DNA of 64,000 nt from an uncultured Pseudomonadota bacterium. Its GTDB lineage: Bacteria; Pseudomonadota; Alphaproteobacteria; Rhizobiales; Xanthobacteraceae. This document shows, piece after piece, positions 44,929 to 55,285 of the stretch; position 1 is the first letter of the stretch, and each line of letters opens with the position of its first letter. The position numbers and the translations under genes were made by a program. The stretch covers positions 192,005-256,004 of the forward strand of contig CAVTBG010000009.1 of assembly GCA_963732895.1 (NCBI GenBank), read 5' to 3'. The notes below the pieces were generated by a model. That model searched no databases, was not told where the DNA came from, and saw nothing but the letters and a program-made list of their open reading frames with translations.

Positions 44929-45636
44929 TCATCCGCCGCCGAGCGCCCCCTGCACTAGATTCGACACCAGGTTCACCGTCAGCGCCAGCACAGTCAAATT
45001 GAAGAAGAAGGCGACGACGCCGTGCACCGTCGCTATGCGGCGGATCACCTTGCTGGTGATGGCGACGTCCGACACTTGCGAGGTCATGCCGATTACCAAG
45101 GAAAAATAGAGGAAATCCCAATACACGGGGTGCTTGTCGTCGGGAAAGTTGAGTCCTCCAATCACGCCGTCACGGCGCTCGCCGTAATATTCGTGCGCGT
45201 AGTGCAACGCAAAGATCGTGTGCACGAACAACCATGACAGCAAGATCGTCACCATGGCGAGCAGGGCGGGACCGAGGTCACTGGCGTGCGGGGTCGGCTT
45301 GGCGCTGCCCAGTTCGACCACGATGGCGACCAGGCTCGCCAGCGTGGCGATGATGGTGAGCACCAGGATGACGAAGGCGCCCTCATCCTGCTCGGCGGCG
45401 CGCTTGCGAATGCGAGCCTCGTCGGCGCGCAGCATCATGGCGTGAGTCGTTATCAGATAGAGCGCGAGGCCGACGTTCCAGCCGACCAGCAGCCGCGTCG
45501 ACAGATGCCAGTGGAAAGGCTCCAGCACGATGATGCCGGCGCCGATTATTGTCGCGATGAATAGCTTAGCGTGCAGCCGGGCGAGGCGGATCGGCAGGGG
45601 CGGCAATGGCGACGGCAGACGGGCAGTCTTGGCCAT
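44929..45636 (-). CDS. DUF1345 membrane protein
   Basis: FALHYAHEYY, PVYWDFLYFSLVIGMTSQVSDV. Confidence 0.85.
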   Translation of the reverse strand: MAKTARLPSPLPPLPIRLARLHAKLFIATIIGAGIIVLEPFHWHLSTRLLVGWNVGLALYLITTHAMMLRADEARIRKRAAEQDEGAFVILVLTIIATLASLVAIVVELGSAKPTPHASDLGPALLAMVTILLSWLFVHTIFALHYAHEYYGERRDGVIGGLNFPDDKHPVYWDFLYFSLVIGMTSQVSDVAITSKVIRRIATVHGVVAFFFNLTVLALTVNLVSNLVQGALGGG

Positions 45637-45652
45637 GGATGATCCGCGCGCT

Positions 45653-46597
45653 TCAGGCACTCCGCTCGGCGATGAAATGGGCAGTGGCGCGCAAGACGTC
45701 GGCCTCGGCGCCGAACGGCTCCAGCGCTTTGTCGGCATCCTTGACCAGCGCGTCGAGCCGCTTGTGGGCCCCGTCGATGCCGAGGATGGAGACAAGCGTT
45801 CCCTTCCCGGCGGCGGCGTCCTTGCCGGCGGCCTTGCCGAGCGTGGCCGTATCGCCCTCAACGTCAAGCAGGTCGTCGGCGATCTGGAAGGCTTGGCCGA
45901 TCACCACGCCGAAGTTGTCGAGCCGGGCGAAGGTGTCGCCGTCGGCCTTGCCGAGCAGCGCGCCGGCGCGGCAGGCAAAGCGCAACAGCGCGCCGGTCTT
46001 CATCGCCTGCAGGGTAAGGATTTCCTGTTCGCTTAAGGGTGCGCGCTTTTGATCGAAGCGGCCCTCGGCGGCGAGATCGAGCATCTGCCCGCCGGCCATG
46101 CCGCCGAGTCCGGCGGCGCGCGCAAGTTCCAGCACCACCGCATTGCGTACGGCCGGGTCGGCATGCACTTCGGGCCGCGCGGCCACGTCGAAAGCGAGCG
46201 TCAGCAGCGCGTCGCCGGCAAGGATTGCGGTGGCGTCGTCGAAAGCCTTGTGCACGGTGGGCCGGCCACGGCGCAGGTCATCGTTGTCCATCGCCGGCAG
46301 GTCGTCGTGCACCAGCGAATAGCAGTGCACCAGCTCGAGCGCCGCGCCAGCGAGCGCCGCGCCTTCGCCGCCGGCGCCGAGCAAAGTGGCGCTTTCAACT
46401 ACGAGAAACGGCCGCAGGCGCTTGCCGCCGCCGAGCACGGCGTGGCGCATAGCGTCCAGCAAACGTTTCGGGCGGGCGGTCTCGCCTTGCAAGGGCTCAT
46501 CGCCGAGCAAGCGCGCGAGCAGGGCCTCGGTATCGGCGGCGACGGCGGCCAGCCGGGCAGTGAAAGGGGCGTGGGAACTTACATCCATGGCCGCCAT
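45653..46597 (-). CDS. ispA: Farnesyl diphosphate synthase (polyprenyl synthetase)
   Basis: GGKRLRP, YSLVHDDLPAMDNDDLRRG, GQMLD, FQIADDLLD. Confidence 0.95.
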   Translation of the reverse strand: MAAMDVSSHAPFTARLAAVAADTEALLARLLGDEPLQGETARPKRLLDAMRHAVLGGGKRLRPFLVVESATLLGAGGEGAALAGAALELVHCYSLVHDDLPAMDNDDLRRGRPTVHKAFDDATAILAGDALLTLAFDVAARPEVHADPAVRNAVVLELARAAGLGGMAGGQMLDLAAEGRFDQKRAPLSEQEILTLQAMKTGALLRFACRAGALLGKADGDTFARLDNFGVVIGQAFQIADDLLDVEGDTATLGKAAGKDAAAGKGTLVSILGIDGAHKRLDALVKDADKALEPFGAEADVLRATAHFIAERSA

Positions 46598-46689
46598 TTA
46601 CCCTGAGCCCCCCGCCACCGCAAATCCTGCCTTCAATGGGTTATGTTTTCCTCATGCCCGGCTCTCGCAAGCGCCATTCGCCCCGCAAG

Positions 46690-47403
46690 ATGACGGCAGT
46701 CCGCGGCGTCTTGCGCCTGCCGCGGGTGCCGCGGCCGTTGCGTGTGCTGCTGTTTGCGGTGCTGCTGGTGCTGGCCGTGCCTTATGCGATCGCGCCCTTC
46801 TATGCCTTCGGCCAGCCGGTTTCGACCGAGATGCTGTGGCGGCGCATGAACGGCAAGCGGGTGGCGCGGAGCTGGGTGCCCCTTGCCTCCGTCGACCCCG
46901 ACTTGGCGCGGGCAGTTATCGTGGCCGAGGACGGCCGTTTTTGCGAGCATTACGGGCTCGATTTCACGCAGATCCAGGACGCCATCCAGGATGCCGACAG
47001 CCTGGAGGATGTGCGTGGCGGGTCCACCATTACCCAGCAGGTCGCCAAGAACCTGTTCCTCTGGCAAAGTCGCAGCTGGGTCCGCAAGGCGCTGGAGGCC
47101 CCGCTGGCGCTCTGGATCGACCTCGTGCTGCCCAAGCGACGAATCCTGGAACTCTACCTGAACGTGGCCGAATGGGGCCCGAACGGCGAATTCGGGGTGC
47201 AGGCGGGCGCCGAGCGAGCCTTCCACACCACCGCGCGCCGGCTCAGCCACACCCAGGCGGCGCTACTGGCGGCCATGCTTCCCAACCCGCACGATCGTGA
47301 CGCACGCCGGCCCGGTCGGGGCCTCAGGAGGCTGGCCCGGCTCTATGTCGTGCGTTCCGCCCGGGCCGGGGCCGCGGCCACGGCTTGTCTCCGCAGACAC
47401 TAG
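46690..47403 (+). CDS. mtgA: Monofunctional peptidoglycan transglycosylase
   Basis: [38 protein letters not shown]. Confidence 0.93.
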   Translation: MTAVRGVLRLPRVPRPLRVLLFAVLLVLAVPYAIAPFYAFGQPVSTEMLWRRMNGKRVARSWVPLASVDPDLARAVIVAEDGRFCEHYGLDFTQIQDAIQDADSLEDVRGGSTITQQVAKNLFLWQSRSWVRKALEAPLALWIDLVLPKRRILELYLNVAEWGPNGEFGVQAGAERAFHTTARRLSHTQAALLAAMLPNPHDRDARRPGRGLRRLARLYVVRSARAGAAATACLRRH

Positions 47404-47474
47404 CCTTCCCGCCGGCCTTCCTTTATAAGCCCCGCCCAAACCCGACATTGCCCGATTTTCAGGAGTTCGTAGCC

Positions 47475-47660
47475 ATGGCCGTGCCGAAAAGAAAAACCTC
47501 GCCGTCGCGCCGCGGCATGCGCCGGTCGGCAGATGCGCTCAAGCAGCCGACCTATGTCGAGGACAAGGATTCCGGCGAACTGCGCCGTCCTCACCACATC
47601 GACCTGAAGACCGGCATGTACAAGGGCCGGCAGGTCTTGAAGGTGAAATCCGAAGCCTGA
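47475..47660 (+). CDS. rpmF: 50S ribosomal protein L32
   Basis: [18 protein letters not shown]...[18 protein letters not shown]. Confidence 0.97.
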   Translation: MAVPKRKTSPSRRGMRRSADALKQPTYVEDKDSGELRRPHHIDLKTGMYKGRQVLKVKSEA

Positions 47661-47691
47661 CGACCCGGCCGTTAGCAGGGGGAGACCCATC

Positions 47692-48114
47692 ATGTACCTG
47701 ATTGGCATTCCCCTCCTGTTGCTACCGTTCGCGATCTACAACATGGTCGCTTTCCTGATGCCGGGCGTGAGCTGGACGGCCCCGATCTTCAGCGTGCACA
47801 TGATGTCCGGCGCCGACTGGACCATGTCGGCGAGCGACGTGCTGATCGTGTTCGCGATCCTCGCGCTGTTCGGCGAGGTGATGAAGTCGACCCGCATCGT
47901 GCTGCGCACCGTGGTCGATCACGGCCTGTCTCTGATCCTGTTTCTCGGCATGCTGGTCGAGTTCATCCTGGTGCCGCAGACCTCGACTGCCACTTTCTTC
48001 GTCCTTCTTGTGCTCAGCTTCGTCGACGTACTTGGCGGCTTCGTGGTGACGTTGCGCTCGGCCCAGCGCGACCTGACCATCGAAGGTACCGGCGTTCCGC
48101 ACGTGACTTCCTGA
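47692..48114 (+). CDS. Hypothetical 4-TM membrane protein
   Basis: 140 aa, hydrophobic, GGGGAG RBS, host-like codon usage. Confidence 0.75.
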   Translation: MYLIGIPLLLLPFAIYNMVAFLMPGVSWTAPIFSVHMMSGADWTMSASDVLIVFAILALFGEVMKSTRIVLRTVVDHGLSLILFLGMLVEFILVPQTSTATFFVLLVLSFVDVLGGFVVTLRSAQRDLTIEGTGVPHVTS

Positions 48115-48140
48115 GTGCTTCCCACCTTCTGGACCCCACT

Positions 48141-49730
48141 ATGAGCCGCGACTTCCAACTGCCCGGCCGCTCGCCGGTGATCGCCTGCAATGGCATGGCG
48201 GCGACTTCTCACCCGCTCGCCACTCTCGCCGCGGTCGACGTCCTGCGTGCCGGCGGCACCGCCGCCGATGCCGCCGTTGCCGCCGTCGGGGTACTGTGTG
48301 TCGTCGAGCCGCACATGACCGGCATTGGGGGCGACTGCTTCACATTGATCTCGCAGCCGGGCAAACCGGTCTGGGGTTATAACGGTTGCGGCCGCGCCGG
48401 CGCCGCCGCCTCCGCGGAGGCATTGCGCGGGCAGGGCATGGCCGAGATCGGCAATTCCATTCATGCCGTTACGGTGCCGGGTTCGATCGCTGCCTGGGAG
48501 GATATCCTCAAGAACCATGGCCGTTTCGGCCTCGACCGCGCGCTGCAGCCGGCGATCCAATATGCCGAAGGCGGCTTTCCGGTGGCCCCGCGGGTGGCCT
48601 GGGACTGGCAGCGCCACGTTGCCAAGCTCGCCGCCGATTCCGGCGCCACGCGGCACTACCTGTTCAACGGCAAGGCGCCGAAAGAGGGCGACGTCATCCG
48701 CTTTCCGGCGCTGGCGCAGACGCTCAAGACCATCGCCGCCAAAGACGCGAAGGGATTCTACGAAGGCGAAATCGCTGCCGAGATGGCGGCCACGGTCGCT
48801 GCGCGCGGTTCGTTCCTGACCGCGGAAGATTTCGCCAACCACCGCGGCGAAACTGTCGCGCCGATCGCGACGCGTTACCGCGGCCTTGACCTCACCGAGA
48901 TCCCGCCGAACGGGCAAGGCATTACTGCATTAGTGATGCTCAACGTCCTGGAGAATTTCGATCTCGCCAAGCTCGACCCGACTGGCCCGGAGCGCTTCCA
49001 TCTGGTGCTGGAGGCCGCGCGCTTGGCTTACGCGATGCGTGACAGCCACATCGCTGAAGCTTCGTTCATGCGCGTGCCCGTTCCTGACTTGCTCGATAAA
49101 GCGTTTGGCAAGAAGCTTGCGTCACTCATCGACATGAACAAACGCGCCAAATTTCCGGGCGCGCCAACGCCGGGCAGTGATACGGTCTATCTCACGGTGG
49201 TTGACCGCGACCGCATGGCCTGTTCCTTCATTAACTCGCTCTATTCGAGCTTCGGCGTCGGGCTGTGCACCGAGAAGAGCGGCATCCTGATGACCAACCG
49301 CGGCGCCTGCTTCACGCTCGAAGCCGGCCATGTCAACGAGTTCGGCCCGAACAAGCGGCCGATGCACACCATCATACCGGCGATGGCCATGAAGGATGGC
49401 CGCTGCGACATGAGCTTCGGCGTCATGGGCGCGCACTACCAGCCCATGGGCCATGTGCAGATCGTCACCAACATGCTCGATTACGGTATGGACGTGCAGG
49501 AAGCGATCGATTGCCCGCGCTTCTTCTTCAATGACGACGATTACGAAGAGACCGTGGTGGAGACCGGCACGCCGCAAGCGACCATCGACGGCTTGAAGGC
49601 GCGCGGCCACAGAGTGGTGATGGCGCCGACCCCGTGGGGTGGGGCGCAGACCATCAAGATTGACTGGGATCGCGGCGTGCTGATCGGCGGCTCGGAGCCG
49701 CGCAAGGATGGCTGCGCGCTCGGCTACTGA
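48141..49730 (+). CDS. ggt: Gamma-glutamyltransferase family protein
   Basis: PHMTGIGGD, SDTVYL (Thr nucleophile), KRPMHTIIP, FGVMG, SEPRKDG. Confidence 0.95.
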   Translation: MSRDFQLPGRSPVIACNGMAATSHPLATLAAVDVLRAGGTAADAAVAAVGVLCVVEPHMTGIGGDCFTLISQPGKPVWGYNGCGRAGAAASAEALRGQGMAEIGNSIHAVTVPGSIAAWEDILKNHGRFGLDRALQPAIQYAEGGFPVAPRVAWDWQRHVAKLAADSGATRHYLFNGKAPKEGDVIRFPALAQTLKTIAAKDAKGFYEGEIAAEMAATVAARGSFLTAEDFANHRGETVAPIATRYRGLDLTEIPPNGQGITALVMLNVLENFDLAKLDPTGPERFHLVLEAARLAYAMRDSHIAEASFMRVPVPDLLDKAFGKKLASLIDMNKRAKFPGAPTPGSDTVYLTVVDRDRMACSFINSLYSSFGVGLCTEKSGILMTNRGACFTLEAGHVNEFGPNKRPMHTIIPAMAMKDGRCDMSFGVMGAHYQPMGHVQIVTNMLDYGMDVQEAIDCPRFFFNDDDYEETVVETGTPQATIDGLKARGHRVVMAPTPWGGAQTIKIDWDRGVLIGGSEPRKDGCALGY

Positions 49731-49734
49731 ACGC

Positions 49735-50034
49735 CTAACCCCACTTCGCGAGTTTGGCCATGGCCCGGTAGGCGGTCGCCGCCTGTGCCGGTTCAGCCCG
49801 GCGGCGGGTCCTGGTCTGCGGGTGCTGGTCCTTGGTGGCGATCAGGTGGGCGAGGAACGGCGCTTGCCGGTGGCGTGGCAGCGGCGCAGAGGGGGTGGGG
49901 GCGGGCGCGACTAGCGCACGGGCTTCGCCTGCCGGTTGGTTTTCCGCCTGTCTGATCTGGTCCGAAGTCATGGCGCGGCCTGTCTCAATTTGGGACAGCG
50001 ACGGGCTGTCCGTCTTCGATGTGGCAAGGGCCAT
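49735..50034 (-). CDS. Small hypothetical protein
   Basis: 99 aa; FLAHLIAT...QTRTRRRAEP...AY; divergent from the GGDEF-EAL gene. Confidence 0.6.
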   Translation of the reverse strand: MALATSKTDSPSLSQIETGRAMTSDQIRQAENQPAGEARALVAPAPTPSAPLPRHRQAPFLAHLIATKDQHPQTRTRRRAEPAQAATAYRAMAKLAKWG

Positions 50035-50174
50035 GCCGCAAAGCTAAAACCGCCGAATGCAGCGCAAAAGTCGTAGTTTTGCGGATTGTTTAGGTATTTT
50101 TTGTAACGTCGCTGGCGACGACTGGTTCGCCGTTTACCAGCGCCCAGGCCGAGGCGTGCCAATAAGGGGCGAGT

Positions 50175-51881
50175 GTGACACACAACAAACCGGCGTCCGT
50201 CAGCCCGGACGCTGCCGCGATCCTCGAGTTCGTCGGCGAAGCCGCCTATGAATGGCGGCTCGACAGCGACGTGCTGACCTGGACGCCGAACGCAGGCGCG
50301 GTACTCGGCGTCGACATGGCCACGGTCGCCAACGGCCGCGCGTTCGCTCAGCGCGTCGATGCCGACGAGGGATTGAGCCGCATCGACGCCCTCGAGCAAG
50401 CCAACGAGACCGACGCCGGCGAAGGCGTGCCCTATCAGGCGCAATATGCTTTCCGCCGCAACGGCCCCGCCGATACGGTCTGGCTCGAAGACAGCGGCCG
50501 CTGGTTTGCCGGCCCCGACGGAAAGCCGCTTCGCGCGCACGGCGTCGTGCGCATTATCGACGAGCGTCATGAGCGCGAATTCCAACTTACGCGGCTCGCC
50601 AAGTTCGATCCGCTCACCGGCGAGATGAACCGAGCCTATCTGACCGAGATGCTGGAGGCGACGCTCGACGAGGCCGTGCGTTTCCGTGAATCGTGTGGTT
50701 TCCTGCTGGTCGCTATTGACCGGCTCGGCCATCTCAATGATGCCTATGGCTTCGACGTTACTGACGAATTGATCGGCAAGGTCGCCCAGCGCATCCGCGC
50801 GCGCTTGCGCGGCAAGGACCACCTTGGCCGCATCTCCGGCAACAAATTCGGCATCATCCTGACCCGGTGCACATCGGACGAATTGACGGTCGCGGCCGAA
50901 CGTCTATTGGCTGGCGTGCGCGACGAGACTATCGCCACCGAAGCGGGACCGGTGGCCGTGACGCTATCGATCGGCGGCGTGACCGCGCCGCGTCATGCCC
51001 GTTCGGTGCCGGAAATTCTGGCCCGCGCTCAGGACGCTCTGCACGCCGCGCGCGCCAAGCGGCCGGGCTCGTTCTATGCCTATCGGCCGAACGTTGAGCG
51101 CGACACGTTGCGGCGCGACGCGGCGCGCGCCACCGACGAAATCTGCGCTGCCCTCAACGAGCGTCGCATCGCGCTCGCCTTCGAACCGGTGGTCGACGCA
51201 TCAAGTCGCCAGATCGCGTTCTACGAATGCCTGATGCGGGCGAGCCGTGCCGACGGCCGCGTGCTCAACGCCAACGAAATCGTCCCGGTCGCGGAACGGC
51301 TTGGCCTGGTGCGCATGCTCGACTACCGAATGCTTGAGCTGGTGGTCAATGAATTGGTCGATGCGCCCGATCTTACGGCAAGCGTCAACGTCTCGCCTGC
51401 ATCGACTGTCGATCCGGATTGGTGGCAAGGCTTGGGGGCGCTGCTGCGCGCCAACCGGCACGCCGCCGAGCGGCTCATCGTTGAGATCACCGAAACCGCG
51501 GCAATCGACAATGTCGATGAAGCTCGCGGATTCGTCACGCGCGTCAAGGATCTCGGCTGCCGCATCGCCATCGACGACTTCGGCGCAGGCCATACTTCGT
51601 TCCGTAATTTGCGTAAGCTCGGCGTCGACATCCTCAAGATTGACGGCGCCTTCGTGCGTAACATGGTCAAGGCGGACGACGATCGTGCCTTCGCGCGCAC
51701 GCTAGTCGATCTGGCGCACCGGCTCAGGATGAAGACGGTTGCCGAATGGGTGCAAGACGAGGCCGCGGCGGCGTTGCTCGCCGAATGGGGCTGCGATTAC
51801 CTGCAGGGGGCGTTAATCGGTCTCGCTAGTGGCGAGCGGCCGTGGCGGCCTCACTCTGTTCAGAGTGCAGCGGCGCCCTGA
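50175..51881 (+). CDS. PAS-like/GGDEF(degenerate)/EAL protein
   Basis: DPLTGEMNR, RGKD...SGNKF, FYECLMR, EITET, IDDFGAG, KIDG, VAEWV. Confidence 0.92.
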   Translation: MTHNKPASVSPDAAAILEFVGEAAYEWRLDSDVLTWTPNAGAVLGVDMATVANGRAFAQRVDADEGLSRIDALEQANETDAGEGVPYQAQYAFRRNGPADTVWLEDSGRWFAGPDGKPLRAHGVVRIIDERHEREFQLTRLAKFDPLTGEMNRAYLTEMLEATLDEAVRFRESCGFLLVAIDRLGHLNDAYGFDVTDELIGKVAQRIRARLRGKDHLGRISGNKFGIILTRCTSDELTVAAERLLAGVRDETIATEAGPVAVTLSIGGVTAPRHARSVPEILARAQDALHAARAKRPGSFYAYRPNVERDTLRRDAARATDEICAALNERRIALAFEPVVDASSRQIAFYECLMRASRADGRVLNANEIVPVAERLGLVRMLDYRMLELVVNELVDAPDLTASVNVSPASTVDPDWWQGLGALLRANRHAAERLIVEITETAAIDNVDEARGFVTRVKDLGCRIAIDDFGAGHTSFRNLRKLGVDILKIDGAFVRNMVKADDDRAFARTLVDLAHRLRMKTVAEWVQDEAAAALLAEWGCDYLQGALIGLASGERPWRPHSVQSAAAP

Positions 51882-51943
51882 GGGAAACGCCGGAGGGACG
51901 GCGAAGCTTGCACAGCGCCGCCGCCTCCTATCATTGACTGCGC

Positions 51944-52813
51944 TTACTTCTTCCCGGTGACCCAGTAGCTCACCATCTTCGGGTGGGTCTTGATGAACTT
52001 TGCGGCGGCTTTCGGATAGGATGTCTGCTCCGACTGGTACATCAGCTTCTCCAACTCGCTGAGCGGGAAACTGATGCGCGAGACGAAGGCCGCCACCTTC
52101 GGGTCGTCCTTCTTGAAGCCTTCGCGGGCCAGCGCATGGATTTGTTCCGCTCCGCCGAGCACCTTCTTCGGGTCCTTCAGGTAACGCAGCTTGAAGGCGC
52201 CGAACATCCAATGCGGCCGCCAACCGGTGACCACGATCCACTTCTTACGGGTGATCGCGCGCTTCAATGCCGCCGTCATGGCAGCGCCGCTCGACTCGAT
52301 GAGATTGTAGTTGGTGAGTCCATAATCTTTGATTGCCTTCTTAGAGAGGCGCATCAAGCCAGCGCCGGGATCGATGCCGACGATCTGGCCGCCGAGTTTG
52401 TCGTGCACGTCCTTCTTCTTCAAGTCGGGAATTGCATCGAGCTTGGCCTTCGGCACGTAGGCGGGCGCCACCCAACCGAGGCTGGCGCCGCCATAGAGGA
52501 CGCCCAGATCCTCGACCTCGTTCTTCACCTTGGCGTAATAGTCGGCGTGGGTTTTAGGCAGCCAGGCCATTTCCATCAAGTCGATGTCGCCCTTAGCCAG
52601 CGCGCTGTACTGCAGCGCGATATCGAGCAGCACCAATTTGACCTTGTATCCCATCTTCTGTTCGAGGATCTGCTTGGTCACCTGAGTGACCGCTTCCGCG
52701 TCCGACCATGCCGTCCAGCCGATCTTGACCTCTTTGGCTTTGGCCGCCGTGCCGGCGGACGTCATCGTGACGCCGACCAGAACGGCCGCTATGAGTTGGG
52801 TGATTTTCGACAT
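51944..52813 (-). CDS. proX: Glycine betaine/proline ABC substrate-binding protein
   Basis: Signal peptide; GWTAWSD, AWLPKTH, GIDPGAG, GWRPHWMF. Confidence 0.9.
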   Translation of the reverse strand: MSKITQLIAAVLVGVTMTSAGTAAKAKEVKIGWTAWSDAEAVTQVTKQILEQKMGYKVKLVLLDIALQYSALAKGDIDLMEMAWLPKTHADYYAKVKNEVEDLGVLYGGASLGWVAPAYVPKAKLDAIPDLKKKDVHDKLGGQIVGIDPGAGLMRLSKKAIKDYGLTNYNLIESSGAAMTAALKRAITRKKWIVVTGWRPHWMFGAFKLRYLKDPKKVLGGAEQIHALAREGFKKDDPKVAAFVSRISFPLSELEKLMYQSEQTSYPKAAAKFIKTHPKMVSYWVTGKK

Positions 52814-52848
52814 CGGAAACTCCTTGGCTTGATATGGCTTTGCGGCGG

Positions 52849-53754
<906 letters not shown>

Positions 53755-53826
53755 TCTCCAACCTTTTCTCGGTCGCCCCTGCTTTTAGGCGGACAAGGGC
53801 GTCCACCTAATCACACAGGGTTGGGA

Positions 53827-55038
53827 TCAGGATCGGGTTTCGTGGCTGGATTCGCGGCTCAGCGCGTTCAGCATGGCGGAGGTCGTCACCAGGCCGGCGT
53901 ATTTGCCGTCCTTGTCAACGACAGGAAGTGCCTCGCCGCTGGCGGCGAGTGGCTCTAGCGCGGCGGCGAGCAGTGTGCCTTTGGACTTCGGCTTGATATC
54001 GGGAACGAAGGCATCGCGGCACGAGGCGCCGTTGCCTTTAGCGACCGCCGCCTCCAGGCTCTCGACCGTCACGGTGCCGGCGACCCGCAATGAATCATCC
54101 AGCACCACCGCAAGTAGGCGGCCCGCTTGATTGAGCTTGTCGAGCGCCGCGCGCGCCGGCGTGTCGGCGCCGCTGATTTCCGCATCGGCATTGCGACGCG
54201 CGATCGAGCCGACCGTGAACACCTGGCTCACGTCGACGCCGCGGAAGAAGGCGCGCACGTAGTTGTTGGCCGGGTACCGCAGAATCTCGGTTGGCGTCGC
54301 GACTTGAGCGATCTTGCCATCCTCAATGATGCCGATGCGGTCGCCCATCTTGAGCGCTTCATCGAGATCGTGGCTGACGAACACGACCGTGCGCGTTTGC
54401 TTCTTCTGCAGTTCGAGCACTTGGTCCTGCATCTCGGTGCGGATCAGCGGGTCGAGCGCGGAGAAGGCCTCGTCCATCAGCATGATGTCGGGATTGGTTG
54501 CGAGCGCACGTGCGAGCCCGACGCGTTGCTTCATGCCGCCCGACAGCTCGCTGGGCAAGCTGTCGGCGTAGGCTTTCAGGCCGACGGAATCGAGCGCTTC
54601 CATGGTGCGTTCACGACGCTGATGGTCCGGTATGCCGGAGACTTCGAGGCCGAACGAAGCGTTCTCGTAGACCGTGCGGTTGGGCAGCAGCGCAAAACCC
54701 TGAAATACCATCGCCATCTTGCGGCGGCGGAGCTCGATCAACGCGGCGTCGCTCATCTTGGTGATGTCTTCGCCATCGACGTGCACTCCACCGGATGTCG
54801 GATCGACCAGGCGATTGAACATGCGCAACAGCGTCGACTTGCCTGAGCCCGAGAGACCCATGAGCACGAAAATCTCACCTTCTCTGATGTCGAAGTTGGC
54901 GTCTTGGACGGCGACGGTCTGTCCTGTGCGCGTGAAAATCTCATCGCGCCCGAGGCCCTGTTTCAGCAGATCCAGGGCTTCCTGCGGGTAACTTCCGAAA
55001 ATTTTGTAGAGTCCCTCAATCGTGATTTTGGTGGACAT
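53827..55038 (-). CDS. proV: Glycine betaine/proline ABC ATPase with CBS domains
   Basis: GLSGSGKS, LSGGMKQR, LMDEAFSALDPLIR. Confidence 0.95.
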   Translation of the reverse strand: MSTKITIEGLYKIFGSYPQEALDLLKQGLGRDEIFTRTGQTVAVQDANFDIREGEIFVLMGLSGSGKSTLLRMFNRLVDPTSGGVHVDGEDITKMSDAALIELRRRKMAMVFQGFALLPNRTVYENASFGLEVSGIPDHQRRERTMEALDSVGLKAYADSLPSELSGGMKQRVGLARALATNPDIMLMDEAFSALDPLIRTEMQDQVLELQKKQTRTVVFVSHDLDEALKMGDRIGIIEDGKIAQVATPTEILRYPANNYVRAFFRGVDVSQVFTVGSIARRNADAEISGADTPARAALDKLNQAGRLLAVVLDDSLRVAGTVTVESLEAAVAKGNGASCRDAFVPDIKPKSKGTLLAAALEPLAASGEALPVVDKDGKYAGLVTTSAMLNALSRESSHETRS

Positions 55039-55285
55039 AATCCTCTAACGGTTGATGGGCGCCTGAGCGAAAACGACATTTCGTCGTCAAAAATGGCGGC
55101 GCACAAGAAATGGCCGTCGAAACGGCACGTTTATTGGACCAAATAGCTATGCGCCAAGAGATACGAGCTGAGCGCAGAGCGGATGATGAGTTCTTTATAC
55201 TGGAATGAGGCGCGCCGAACAATCTCCATCGGCCGACTAAGTTCCACGCCACGCCGCGGAAATCTCATCTGGCGAAGCTGCGTGC

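Noticed and set aside
47475-47660. Cysteine-free L32 as a zinc-sparing paralog under the nearby Zur-like regulator
   Set aside because: The Cys-free form is the normal alphaproteobacterial L32, and it sits in its usual ispA-mtgA-rpmF context
50067-50091. CGCAAAA-N7-TTTTGCG inverted repeat in the divergent promoter of the GGDEF-EAL gene
   Set aside because: Short arms with no second copy or matching known motif; too weak to call
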